From Fidelibacterota bacterium (GTDB lineage: Bacteria > Fidelibacterota > UBA8477 > JABMPR01): 64,000 nt of DNA. A program made the translations under genes and the position numbers. The stretch covers positions 129,948-193,947 of the forward strand of contig JAERTG010000050.1 of the NCBI GenBank assembly GCA_016845065.1, in the 5' to 3' direction. Within the stretch, counting starts at the first letter, position 1, and the number at the start of each line of letters is the position of its first letter. Below the pieces are notes generated by a model, which ran no database searches, was not told the DNA's origin, and was given only the letters and a program-made list of their open reading frames with translations. Positions 1 through 9,545 of this stretch are shown here, one piece after another.

Positions 1-708
1 AAGGGTCTGGCCTTCGTGAAAATAGATCAGTCCTCATTTAACGCGGGAGTGAGCAAATTTTTCCCTGAAGCATTACAGGCTGAAGTAATAAATGATCTAA
101 ATCTGGGTCACAATGATATCCTGTTTTTTGTATCTGATACTGAGGCAAAAACACTCCAGGCTCTGGGTGCCCTCCGCATTGAGTTAGCGAAGCGCGAAAA
201 CCTGATCCCGTCTGGAGTTATAAAACCACTTTTTGTCCTGGATTTCCCATTGTTGGATTGGGATGAAGATAGCAAGCGCTATATCGCCATGCATCATCCT
301 TTTACTTCTCCTAATCCAGAGGATCTCGAGTTAATGAATACGGCTCCCGGTGAAGTGAGGGCTCAGGCCTACGATTTGGTCATCAATGGTTATGAAGTAG
401 CTGGAGGCTCCATCAGGATTCATACGCGCGATATGCAAAGCCGGATGTTTGAACTCATTGGGATGGATGAAGAGGAAGCCCAGGCCAGATTTGGATTTCT
501 CCTAAAGGCCTTCAAATACGGTGCGCCGCCACATGGTGGAATTGCATTTGGATTTGATCGCCTGATCATGCTATTAGCTGGAACAGAGAATATCCGCGAC
601 GTAATCGCCTTTCCTAAGACAACCTCAGCATCCTCATTGATGGATGAAGCTCCCTCAAATGTAGATGCCCAGCAACTCAAGGAGCTTCATATCAATTTAG
701 TTGAGTGA
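1..708 (+). CDS. aspS: Aspartyl-tRNA synthetase, C-terminal part (5' end lies outside the window)
   Basis: The frame is open from nt 1. The class II aaRS motif-3 region reads GGSIRIHTRDMQ...GAPPHGGIAFGFDRLIMLLAGTENIRDVIAFPKT, typical of the AspRS C-terminus. Confidence 0.9.
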   Translation, partial: KGLAFVKIDQSSFNAGVSKFFPEALQAEVINDLNLGHNDILFFVSDTEAKTLQALGALRIELAKRENLIPSGVIKPLFVLDFPLLDWDEDSKRYIAMHHPFTSPNPEDLELMNTAPGEVRAQAYDLVINGYEVAGGSIRIHTRDMQSRMFELIGMDEEEAQARFGFLLKAFKYGAPPHGGIAFGFDRLIMLLAGTENIRDVIAFPKTTSASSLMDEAPSNVDAQQLKELHINLVE

Positions 709-850
709 TTCTAGGCTCAGAGTTATCATGAATCGTCTTATAAGAATGCTTGATTTTATCTAACATATCAGGTTGGTCTTGAATAGATTCATCAACAAGC
801 TGGAAATATTTACAACATTTTTAACTATTTGATGTTCAGGGGATAAATCC

Positions 851-3778
851 ATGAGACGACAATCCATATCGATCGTTCTACTATTTTCAATATTTGCCAT
901 GCCGCTTCTGGGAGAATACTGGCAGCAATATGTTGAGTATGATATGGATGTATATCTGGATTCAGGTCAAAAGACCCTTACCGCTGTCTCTCATCTCACC
1001 TATGTTAATCATTCCCCTGATACGCTTGATCGGATTCTCATGCATCTATATCCAAACGCTTTCAATGAGGGGACCATCGCAGATGAAGTGTGGGGAGAAT
1101 ACGGTCAATCATTCAATGAGGAGAAGGACTGGACAGGTATTCAAATTCAGAAGTTAGTAAGCGATTCACTTGATCTCGCCTTCCATATTCGGGATGATAC
1201 TATCCTTGATATTGCCCTTAACGAGGAACTTGGACCGGGCGATACACTCCTTTTTAGCATGGATTGGCTATTTATGGTACATCCCCTAATCGGTCGCGGT
1301 GGCTGGGAAGGAGAGCAGTTTGACTTCACTCAATGGTATCCAAAATTCGTTGTCTATGATGAGAATGGCTGGCACGATGATCCATTTGGAGATTGGGGTG
1401 AGTTCTATGGTGAATTTGGAAAGTACACCGTAAAGATTGACCTCCCTGAGGCTCAAATTGTGGCTGCAACGGGTGTTGTAATCGATGGTGATCCTGGCTG
1501 GAATTCTGTGCGGGTTGATACATCCCAACTATGGCAGGAATGGGTGGAAAAATTTAGCGAAGATCGCGAGGCTTATCTGGATGACTTGGACAGCACAAGC
1601 AGACGTCAAGTAAGTTTTCAGGCTGAGAATGTTCATGATTTTGCCTGGATTTGTTCGCCAGATTTTGTTTATGAGCACGGTCAGTGGAATGGGATTGATG
1701 TGCATGCCGTCTTTACGACAGAAGTTGGTGAATCGTGGACCAAAGATATGGTCAGATGGGGCGAAAGATCTTTGGAATGGTTATCAGGGAAATTCGGAAT
1801 GTTCACATGGCCACAGATGACCATGGCAAAATCCCTGGGAACGGGTGGAATGGAATACCCCATGATTATACTTGATTACACCGATAGTGAAGGATTAGCT
1901 GTTCATGAAGTCGGTCACAATTGGTTCTACGGTATTTTCGGAAATGACGAACTAGATGATCCCTGGCTTGACGAGGGCTTTACTACATTTCAGACTCGTT
2001 GGTATCTGGAACACTATTATCCTGAAAATGGATATGAACTTTCACGCGAATACATCACACAATTTGAATCTGATCATTTGCATCGAGAGATGTATGAAGA
2101 AGCTGAGCTGAAACCCGCGATTAGGTATATCCTATCGACTGCCAACGAACCCATGGCTACTTCCAGCGTGGATTATGCCTACTACGGATCCTACAGCAGT
2201 AATTCTTATGACAAGGGCTCAATTATGCTGGCCATGCTGAAGAATTATCTGGGAGAAGAACGATTCCTAGCCGGTATGCGACTCTATTTCTCGCGTTGGG
2301 CTCTAAAGCATGTGAATGAAGATCGATTTGTTAATGCCATGGAAGATGGTTGTGGGGAAGAATTGGATTGGTTTTTCGATCAATGGCTACGCACCACGAA
2401 CTATGTTGACTATGAACTGGTTGATTGGTCAGTGGAAGCACTTGATCAGGATCATTTCACAACAATAGTAAATGTCGATAATAAGGGCGGCATGTTTGTA
2501 CCTATCACAGTAACCGTTTTTAGCCAGGAGGGTGAGACCGTATCCGCTCCACTAGAGAATTTTCGGCATCGTACTTCAGGCACAATCGTGGTCGAATCTG
2601 ATTTTCGTCCGGTTAGGGTGTATCTCGATGCAGAGAATACTTTTTATGACCACGATCGGCGCAACAATGATAGTAAAAGAAAACGGGCTTTTCGCTATGA
2701 TTACAAGGGCTGGGATGCTTACCCCGGAGACAGGAATCTTTATCTCTGGAAACCGATTTTTGGATATAGTGATATGGCAGGACCAGGTGTAGGGATAAAT
2801 CTGAAAAAAGTATATAGAAATACAGGTAATTTTACGCAGTTCGGTCTGGACTATAATATTGAATCCGGTAACCCAGATGTCTCAATAAGTTTCAATGAAC
2901 TTCAAGTTGGTCTGCCCTTCAAGGGTACATGGTCTGGTAGTGCAAAAATTTGGCGTTCAATGGTTTTTGGCTCTCTGGCATATGAAATGAATTGGGCAAA
3001 AAAATACTGGAGAAATCCACTTCATTACCTTACAATAAAAATTGAAACCACAGATGCTAAACACGCCGACGTTTTCCCAGAAGATCAAATTGCCGTGACG
3101 AGCCTGGGTCTTCGATATGAATTACAGGATGAATTATTTTCCGGTGATTTTGGTTTTAGCAGTACATTTCAAACTTCTCCTGCGCAACTGGGAAGCTATG
3201 GCTTTGATTTTTCACAATTATTCCTCATGGGTAATTGGTCAAAATCCTTTGCCCATTTCCGTTTGAATAATCGCACAAACATGCTGGCTAATTCAAGTGC
3301 TACACCCGATCTGGTCAAAAGTAGAGTTGCCTCTCAGGATATAAGATCCAGCTATTTGGATAGAATTGCATCAAGTCTGCACGGGATTAAAGATGCTGAG
3401 ATGGTTGGTTCTCATTACTTTTTGCGAGGTGGTGGACGAATGCGCGGGTATGTTGACTCTCTGGATCAGCCGAAGAATTATATATGGTCAAACAATCTGG
3501 ATCTAACTTTTAACTCCATACCGTATATGCCTGAATCCATTGACTATGGGATGTTTTTTGATGTCGGTCAAATATCTAATGATGCTCAGAATTGGACTGG
3601 TGTAGGTGATCTGGGTGTTGGTTTCGATTACAAACCATCCTGGGATCGCACGAATTGGATTTCGACATTGTTTCGTCCCTTTCGCATGAAGTTTGAGCTG
3701 AGTATTTTAAGGTATGAAAATTCTGAATGGGTCAATGCGATAGATTCAAAACAATGGCTATTTACTATCTCTAATTAA
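851..3778 (+). CDS. Secreted M1-family zinc metallopeptidase (HEXXH-X18-E) fused to a C-terminal Omp85/BamA-like beta-barrel domain
   Basis: Signal peptide MRRQSISIVLLFSIFAMPLLG. Gluzincin motif HEVGHNWFYGIFGNDELDDPWLDEGFTTF. The C-terminal ~350 aa have an amphipathic beta-strand pattern, an Omp85 loop-6-like motif (GGGRMRGY), and a terminal ...PFRMKFELSI...KQWLFTISN pattern resembling D15 surface antigen barrels. Confidence 0.7.
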   Translation: MRRQSISIVLLFSIFAMPLLGEYWQQYVEYDMDVYLDSGQKTLTAVSHLTYVNHSPDTLDRILMHLYPNAFNEGTIADEVWGEYGQSFNEEKDWTGIQIQKLVSDSLDLAFHIRDDTILDIALNEELGPGDTLLFSMDWLFMVHPLIGRGGWEGEQFDFTQWYPKFVVYDENGWHDDPFGDWGEFYGEFGKYTVKIDLPEAQIVAATGVVIDGDPGWNSVRVDTSQLWQEWVEKFSEDREAYLDDLDSTSRRQVSFQAENVHDFAWICSPDFVYEHGQWNGIDVHAVFTTEVGESWTKDMVRWGERSLEWLSGKFGMFTWPQMTMAKSLGTGGMEYPMIILDYTDSEGLAVHEVGHNWFYGIFGNDELDDPWLDEGFTTFQTRWYLEHYYPENGYELSREYITQFESDHLHREMYEEAELKPAIRYILSTANEPMATSSVDYAYYGSYSSNSYDKGSIMLAMLKNYLGEERFLAGMRLYFSRWALKHVNEDRFVNAMEDGCGEELDWFFDQWLRTTNYVDYELVDWSVEALDQDHFTTIVNVDNKGGMFVPITVTVFSQEGETVSAPLENFRHRTSGTIVVESDFRPVRVYLDAENTFYDHDRRNNDSKRKRAFRYDYKGWDAYPGDRNLYLWKPIFGYSDMAGPGVGINLKKVYRNTGNFTQFGLDYNIESGNPDVSISFNELQVGLPFKGTWSGSAKIWRSMVFGSLAYEMNWAKKYWRNPLHYLTIKIETTDAKHADVFPEDQIAVTSLGLRYELQDELFSGDFGFSSTFQTSPAQLGSYGFDFSQLFLMGNWSKSFAHFRLNNRTNMLANSSATPDLVKSRVASQDIRSSYLDRIASSLHGIKDAEMVGSHYFLRGGGRMRGYVDSLDQPKNYIWSNNLDLTFNSIPYMPESIDYGMFFDVGQISNDAQNWTGVGDLGVGFDYKPSWDRTNWISTLFRPFRMKFELSILRYENSEWVNAIDSKQWLFTISN

Positions 3779-3797
3779 TGCTTGAATGGGATCATAA

Positions 3798-6047
3798 ATG
3801 ATAAAAAAAATGACATCTCTGTTTCTCCTCCTCCTGTCATTCCAGATGGGAATAGCACAGACAACCTATGATAAAATTAGAGTCTGGTCTGATAATACTG
3901 ATGAGATCATATCTGATTTATTGATTTTGGGAATAGACCCTGAAGGATTTGATGTCCGTAGAGAAGTTTATGTTGAGGCGATTGTAAGTCAGCACGAAAA
4001 GCTCGGGGTCGAAAGTCTGGGGTATGCAACAGAAGATTTAATTCTTGATCTGAGTTCTTATTACGCTTCTCGGTTGAGTCAAGGTGCGGTCAGAGAACTG
4101 GGGTATGGTAGCATGGGCGGCTATTTGACTTATGATGAGATTGTCTCAAGCATTGATTCGCTGCATGCGGAATACCCGGAAATCGTTTCTGACAAACTCA
4201 GTATTGGGCTTAGCTATGAAGGACGCAATATCTGGGCTTTTAAGATATCTGATGCTCAGGGCTTGCCTGATGGTGATCCACAGGTTCTATACAATTCCCT
4301 CACTCATGCTCGTGAACCAGCTGCCATGATGACCTTGATGCATTTCGCCTGGTCTCTTGCAGAAGGCTACAACCAGGATCCAAGTATGACATATTTAGTG
4401 AATGAGCGAGAGATTTGGTTTGTGCCAGTTATCAATCCAGATGGGTATGTCTATAATGAAATCAACGATCCAAATGGTGGTGGCATGCACCGCAAAAACC
4501 GACATCCAGGATGCACCAGTCTACCTGGTGTTGATCTGAATAGAAATTGGGGTTTCCAGTGGGGTTATGACGATGAAGGCTCTACTCCTGATCCCTGCGG
4601 AAACACATATCGCGGGAGCGAACCTTTCTCTGAACCCGAAACGCAGGCTATGCGAGATTTTGTACTTGCCCACGATTTTCAAACCATATTCAACTATCAT
4701 AGTTACGGCAATTTGTTGATTAAACCCTTTGGCTATAACGAAGCTATTGAATTGCCCACTCCAGACAATGAGATATACAGCCAAATGGGTCCAGATCTTG
4801 TGAAAGAGAATGACTATCTGTATGGGACTGGCACTGAAACAGTTGGCTATACGGTAAATGGGGATGCCGTTGATTATATGTATGGTGAACTAGGCATTAT
4901 CAATTTTACACCAGAAGTAGGCGCTGGTTCAGACGGTGCATTTTGGCCTCCTACTGAGCTCATTTTTGAAATGGCTGAAGACAATATTGATATGAATATT
5001 CATCTAGCTGGCTGTGCAGGAAGCTGGATAGAGGTACAACGCTTCGATTTTAATTCTGATGGTCCATTGGAGTCTGGAGACATTGTTGGCTGTGAACTAC
5101 GCGTTATGAATAAGGGTTTGGGGTCGGAGAATTCAGATGCCGCTCTGTATTTATATTCACCTGACAGTAGTATCACGCCATCCCACAGTTCCCTGGATGT
5201 CTCAGGACTGTCATCACAGGTATCGCATGATTTTGGAAGTGAAGGCTTAAGCTTTGAAATTCACTCGAGAACTGGCGAATTGGCTCAGCTTGTTTTGAGC
5301 ATAGAAATGTCTGGATATGAAATACAAGTGGATACACTCGAATGGATAGTTGGCATTCCTGACACCATATTTTTTGATGATTTTACCGACGGAACTCAAA
5401 TGTGGAGTTCTGAAACCTGGGGAGTCGAAATAGGAGCTGACGGTGAACAGTATATGACTGATTCTCCTTCTGGTGATTACGACCCAAGTACCATTTCAAC
5501 AACGATACTCGAAGTCCCCCTTGATATTCGTGGCTATAGCAATCCTATGCTAAGATTTGATGCCAGTTGGGATATTGAATTCAACTGGGATTTTTGTCAG
5601 GTTCTTGGATCGAATGACGGTGGCGCAAGCTGGGTGGCACTGAGTGGTCAGCATACTGATATTGGAAATGGGAGTTCCGTTCAACCCCTTGGAGAACCAG
5701 GATACCATGGCAGCCAAGCATGGATTGCTGAGGAGGTTTCTCTTGCAGTATTCAGCGAATCGCCATCTTTCTTGCTGGCTTTTGAATTGATAAGTGATAC
5801 CTACTATGAAGGTGATGGATTTAAAGTTGACAATGTTGCCGTGGTGGGCTGGGATGCTAGCCTAACCCTGGGTGATGTAACTCAGGACGGGCAAGTAAAT
5901 GTGTCAGATGCAGTCTTTCTATTGGAGTCAATAATCTCTGATCTGGAACTTGATGCGGATCTTAGGGAACAAGCGGATACCAATCAGGACAACATGATCG
6001 ATATCAGGGACCTGATTATTCTTATTGAGTGGATTCTTGAAGGTTAG
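3798..6047 (+). CDS. Secreted M14-family zinc carboxypeptidase with a MAM-like domain and a C-terminal type I dockerin-like domain
   Basis: Signal peptide present. M14 motifs: HAREPAA (HxxE), NRNW, HSYG, and a PEVG glutamate. The C-terminus has two Ca-binding dockerin repeats (GDVTQDGQVNVSDAVFLL and ADTNQDNMIDIRDLIILI). Confidence 0.8.
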   Translation: MIKKMTSLFLLLLSFQMGIAQTTYDKIRVWSDNTDEIISDLLILGIDPEGFDVRREVYVEAIVSQHEKLGVESLGYATEDLILDLSSYYASRLSQGAVRELGYGSMGGYLTYDEIVSSIDSLHAEYPEIVSDKLSIGLSYEGRNIWAFKISDAQGLPDGDPQVLYNSLTHAREPAAMMTLMHFAWSLAEGYNQDPSMTYLVNEREIWFVPVINPDGYVYNEINDPNGGGMHRKNRHPGCTSLPGVDLNRNWGFQWGYDDEGSTPDPCGNTYRGSEPFSEPETQAMRDFVLAHDFQTIFNYHSYGNLLIKPFGYNEAIELPTPDNEIYSQMGPDLVKENDYLYGTGTETVGYTVNGDAVDYMYGELGIINFTPEVGAGSDGAFWPPTELIFEMAEDNIDMNIHLAGCAGSWIEVQRFDFNSDGPLESGDIVGCELRVMNKGLGSENSDAALYLYSPDSSITPSHSSLDVSGLSSQVSHDFGSEGLSFEIHSRTGELAQLVLSIEMSGYEIQVDTLEWIVGIPDTIFFDDFTDGTQMWSSETWGVEIGADGEQYMTDSPSGDYDPSTISTTILEVPLDIRGYSNPMLRFDASWDIEFNWDFCQVLGSNDGGASWVALSGQHTDIGNGSSVQPLGEPGYHGSQAWIAEEVSLAVFSESPSFLLAFELISDTYYEGDGFKVDNVAVVGWDASLTLGDVTQDGQVNVSDAVFLLESIISDLELDADLREQADTNQDNMIDIRDLIILIEWILEG

Positions 6048-6139
6048 CTGCAGCACCAGCTGGTTCTGCCTCTTTTATCGTACGAAAATACAGAAACAAA
6101 TTTGATTTTGGCTTAAACAGCATTTGTAATAGTTGAGTC

Positions 6140-7054
6140 ATGCAGGCTATATTTGGCCGATTTTCAGGAGGGGGGGTTAACTCGAATGGGGAAGGCTCTG
6201 ACGCTTTGCGACATTTTGTTTTATTTTCCGCAATTCTAATCTCTTGTACTTCAACGGATATACCTGTCACACCCGATGCACCAGATCCAATACAAATCAA
6301 TATTGAAAGTGCAGATAGCCTCTGGTCGCTGAGGGCAGATATGGCAAGTGCCCAGGCAGCACTTACAATTTTTCAAAAGCTTGCAGAATCAGATTCATCA
6401 TCTATTGAGCTATGGGCTAAACTTTCCAGGGCTTATTACTTTTGTGGCCAATATTTGACCACCTCTCCACAGGTTCGTGATAGCCTGCTCTTAAAGGGTT
6501 ACGAAGCCAGTCAGTCAGTTCTCAAACAAAATAGCGAATATCGAAATCTGCTGTTCTCAACCGGGGATGAAAGCATGGCGGTTCGTGGACTTGACGAAAA
6601 TTCTCTCAATGCCCTGTATTGGGGTATGGCTAATTATGGACAATGGTTGGCCACTAAAAGCAATTTGATTCGCATGGGACAACGTGAGCTTATTTGGACA
6701 ACTCTGGAGCATATAAACGATTTGGACTCCACCTTTTACTATGGAGCATATTACAGGTATAAAGGTGCCCTGTTAGGGCGTGATCCCAAAACTGAAAATG
6801 ATACAACGGGTATCCGGGAGGCTTTTGATGAGGCTATAAGGGTTTCACCTGATTATCTAGGCAATTATACGCTGATGGCTCAACACTACTGTCCTCTGGC
6901 CCAGGATAAAAATCTGTTTTATAGCCTTTTAACAAAGGTAGTAACGACAACACTGAATCCAGACCTCCCATATTATCCTGAAAATGTCTATGAGAAAGCG
7001 CTGGCTGAAAGATTAATGATCAAAGCAGAAAAGGAAAACTGGTTTAATCTATGA
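6140..7054 (+). CDS. Hypothetical lipoprotein (helical, TPR-like?). The true start may be an internal TTG near 6204.
   Basis: Long ORF. Signal/lipobox-like segment LRHFVLFSAILISCTS. No recognisable catalytic motif. Confidence 0.5.
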   Translation: MQAIFGRFSGGGVNSNGEGSDALRHFVLFSAILISCTSTDIPVTPDAPDPIQINIESADSLWSLRADMASAQAALTIFQKLAESDSSSIELWAKLSRAYYFCGQYLTTSPQVRDSLLLKGYEASQSVLKQNSEYRNLLFSTGDESMAVRGLDENSLNALYWGMANYGQWLATKSNLIRMGQRELIWTTLEHINDLDSTFYYGAYYRYKGALLGRDPKTENDTTGIREAFDEAIRVSPDYLGNYTLMAQHYCPLAQDKNLFYSLLTKVVTTTLNPDLPYYPENVYEKALAERLMIKAEKENWFNL

Positions 7055-7227
7055 AATCATTTCGTGGGGAACGACAAAGTAAAAACGCCTCAGTTCAAGT
7101 CATTTTGACGGTGCTGGTGCTTTTGACATTTATGGTGCTGGTAAATTTTGTACCAACAGATGTCAAGGGAGGTAACTCCCAATCACAGAAGACCAGCTGG
7201 GAATCTTCTGTAGTAAAATTACCATAA
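7051..7227 (+). CDS. Small (58 aa) single-pass membrane protein, translationally coupled to the upstream gene by an ATGA overlap
   Basis: ATG at 7051 overlaps the TGA stop of the upstream ORF. One hydrophobic helix (VQVILTVLVLLTFMVLVNFV). It is below the ORF-track size cutoff. Confidence 0.3.
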   Translation: MKSFRGERQSKNASVQVILTVLVLLTFMVLVNFVPTDVKGGNSQSQKTSWESSVVKLP

Positions 7228-7243
7228 TTTTAGTTAGGTTAAA

Positions 7244-8158
7244 TTAAAACTGAAAAGGAGGCTGCTCCATTTTTGAGAGGGCTTCCCGAAGTTTATCCTC
7301 GTCCAGAGTGAAGACTTTTTCATTCAGCACACGTCGTGCAATCGATACATATTCATCTGATTTGAAATACTGCCTCAGTTGAGCCTGAATGGGTATTATT
7401 TGGCGTCGCGGTTCCCAAATCTGTGGTTTTCCCGTTTCAAGATGAATAATGCTCTCAGTGGCACTTGCCCAGGCGATCACCGCTAGACGATACTTTTTCC
7501 ACAAATCTTGGGCAACTTGCTGGACATGAGCCTGTACATATGGACTTAAAAAGACAAATCGCCTGCTGAAGATCAGACCAGTGTGGAAGTATTCAGGGAC
7601 ATTGATTATGCCATCAACTTGAAGATGGCGACCCATGAGCGTAAACAAAGCCAACAATTGATCTCCAAGACCGAGACCTGGATAGTTCTGTCCGGGAAGA
7701 GGACGTCTTCGATGTGAAAAATCAGCCTTGGGATTCTGAAGGAGGAGCCACTCAACCATCAAAACTTTTAACTGTTTGTTGTACTCATTTTCATCATCAA
7801 TATCGTTAGGAACCAGATGCTGGTATTTTGCCACAAAATCCATGACGATATGATCTTTGTCTCTATGACGCCCATTATAGATGGTTAATCGATGACGGTA
7901 GGGGTCACGCGTGTCGACTGCAACTGCCAGGTGTCTCAGGCCAAGATGACGAGCCTGACGATCCAGACCAAAGCGTTCCATGATAAATTTGATACCATCT
8001 TCGGAATATTTCCCAAGAAAGAGAGAGCTGGAATTCGAGCTTGATCTGTCAGTAAAAAAATTATCCCAACTCAGATCTTCTTGAGAAAAATTGCTGGTCA
8101 AATCCAGAGGAGATATTCGCCTCGCGATTTTTTTATATTTACGATCAAACTTGTTCAT
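7244..8158 (-). CDS. Hypothetical protein, last gene of the MMPL cluster (possible GNAT-like fold, weak)
   Basis: 304-aa ORF sitting 17 nt downstream of the outer-membrane barrel gene. The GLGLGDQLL segment resembles an acyl-CoA-binding motif. No confident family assignment. Confidence 0.45.
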   Translation of the reverse strand: MNKFDRKYKKIARRISPLDLTSNFSQEDLSWDNFFTDRSSSNSSSLFLGKYSEDGIKFIMERFGLDRQARHLGLRHLAVAVDTRDPYRHRLTIYNGRHRDKDHIVMDFVAKYQHLVPNDIDDENEYNKQLKVLMVEWLLLQNPKADFSHRRRPLPGQNYPGLGLGDQLLALFTLMGRHLQVDGIINVPEYFHTGLIFSRRFVFLSPYVQAHVQQVAQDLWKKYRLAVIAWASATESIIHLETGKPQIWEPRRQIIPIQAQLRQYFKSDEYVSIARRVLNEKVFTLDEDKLREALSKMEQPPFQF

Positions 8159-8174
8159 CTAGATGGATAATATC

Positions 8175-9536
8175 CTAAAAACTATAGCTGAGACCAAGGT
8201 TTAGGTTTGAGAAATCTTCAAGTTGCTTGAAACTATTGTCCTGTTCATCTCCTCCCAGGAAATATGCAAGTGTGGCATCAAGACTGAGCCCTTCCAAAAT
8301 TGAGTAGGTTGAGCCAATATTGACCATGTATCCAGTTTCCTCCAGATTAATCATGAACATCCCATTTAGATCGAGAGCGTTGTCTAATAATGTGACCATG
8401 GAAGATAAAACGACTACTTGATCAGCAATCATCGCAAAGGGTGTTCCCATCCCAGCGGAGAATTCAGGAATACCAAGCATAGATAACTGTGCTCGGAGTG
8501 GATCAAGAGAAGGATCAGGATTGGTCTGTGCCATCACCTCAAGTGTTTGTAGATTTCCATCCTTCTCCATTGAAGATTCAACTTTCTGGGTGCTGTTAGT
8601 GATGAGTTGACCCATGAGTTGGACTGTATTTGCAAAGGTATACTCCACTTGAACCACAGATTGCAAATATTCTGCATCATAAACGAATTTCGACATCATA
8701 TAATCAATATCTGGGGTTTTTGTACGGAAATAGGCAAATTCTCCTCTTAGAGTCCAGTTACCGGGGAAGAGAACTGCGTCCATACCTATCGCATCTGTTT
8801 TCCTGTAGGTGAGATGGCTGGTAAATTCAGGAGTGCTTCCCAACATGGGTGGTAATGACTCGATTTCCAAGCCAGCCGGTGAGAAGGAGCGATCGTTCCC
8901 CTTAAAATACGAAGCAGATAGATCTCCGATTCCCATAGCATATTGAACGCGACCCCCAATTTCAACCTCATTCTCAGGCTCAAAATATTGAGCACCCTCT
9001 GGGACAGGAAGAATAATAGGGAAATCTGGCTCATTAAGGGGAAAGCGGTTTGCAACAAATTCAGGAATAACAACCAGTTCAATTTGAAAATGGCTTAGAT
9101 ATGTATTGACTGCAAAACTCATTGATCCCGATTTTCGATCTGTTCCTGCTAGAAACATGTAGTAATAGTCATATGGGCTCAGGTTATCAGTCGGATTATT
9201 GGCATCAGCAGCCCCCCAAGCGTGAATCATCTTACCAAGTTTCACTTCACCAAAGCTGGGATACCACATGAGATAAGCTTCCCTTAGTTGAAGTACGTCT
9301 GCATCGACTTCAGGTTCTACCCAACGGGTTTCCAAAGCTGTGACTGTCTTTAGTTCAAAATCTCCAAAAGCATAATCCACTGAAATGTTTCCTAGTCGGA
9401 AGGGGAGATCGATGAGTGATGCATCACTAAGTCTCAACATGCCAGAAGGAAAAAAATCACCAGAAAAATTGAATTGGGCTGAGATGGTTAGTGGAACCAG
9501 CAAGAGAAAGATTATTAGAGGTGTTAATTTTTTCAT
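8175..9536 (-). CDS. Outer-membrane beta-barrel protein (DUF1302-like partner of RND/MMPL exporters)
   Basis: Signal peptide MKKLTPLIIFLLLVPLTISAQ. Alternating beta-strand pattern. C-terminal ...LGLSYSF ends in an aromatic residue. Confidence 0.65.
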   Translation of the reverse strand: MKKLTPLIIFLLLVPLTISAQFNFSGDFFPSGMLRLSDASLIDLPFRLGNISVDYAFGDFELKTVTALETRWVEPEVDADVLQLREAYLMWYPSFGEVKLGKMIHAWGAADANNPTDNLSPYDYYYMFLAGTDRKSGSMSFAVNTYLSHFQIELVVIPEFVANRFPLNEPDFPIILPVPEGAQYFEPENEVEIGGRVQYAMGIGDLSASYFKGNDRSFSPAGLEIESLPPMLGSTPEFTSHLTYRKTDAIGMDAVLFPGNWTLRGEFAYFRTKTPDIDYMMSKFVYDAEYLQSVVQVEYTFANTVQLMGQLITNSTQKVESSMEKDGNLQTLEVMAQTNPDPSLDPLRAQLSMLGIPEFSAGMGTPFAMIADQVVVLSSMVTLLDNALDLNGMFMINLEETGYMVNIGSTYSILEGLSLDATLAYFLGGDEQDNSFKQLEDFSNLNLGLSYSF

Positions 9537-9545
9537 GGTCTGAAC

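Noticed and set aside
894-1863. Several 60-90 aa ORFs on both strands inside the M1 peptidase gene (894..1157, 1147..1329, 1286..1528, 1326..1523, 1629..1820, 1681..1863)
   Set aside because: They are embedded in a long, motif-supported CDS. They are low complexity and are typical shadow ORFs.
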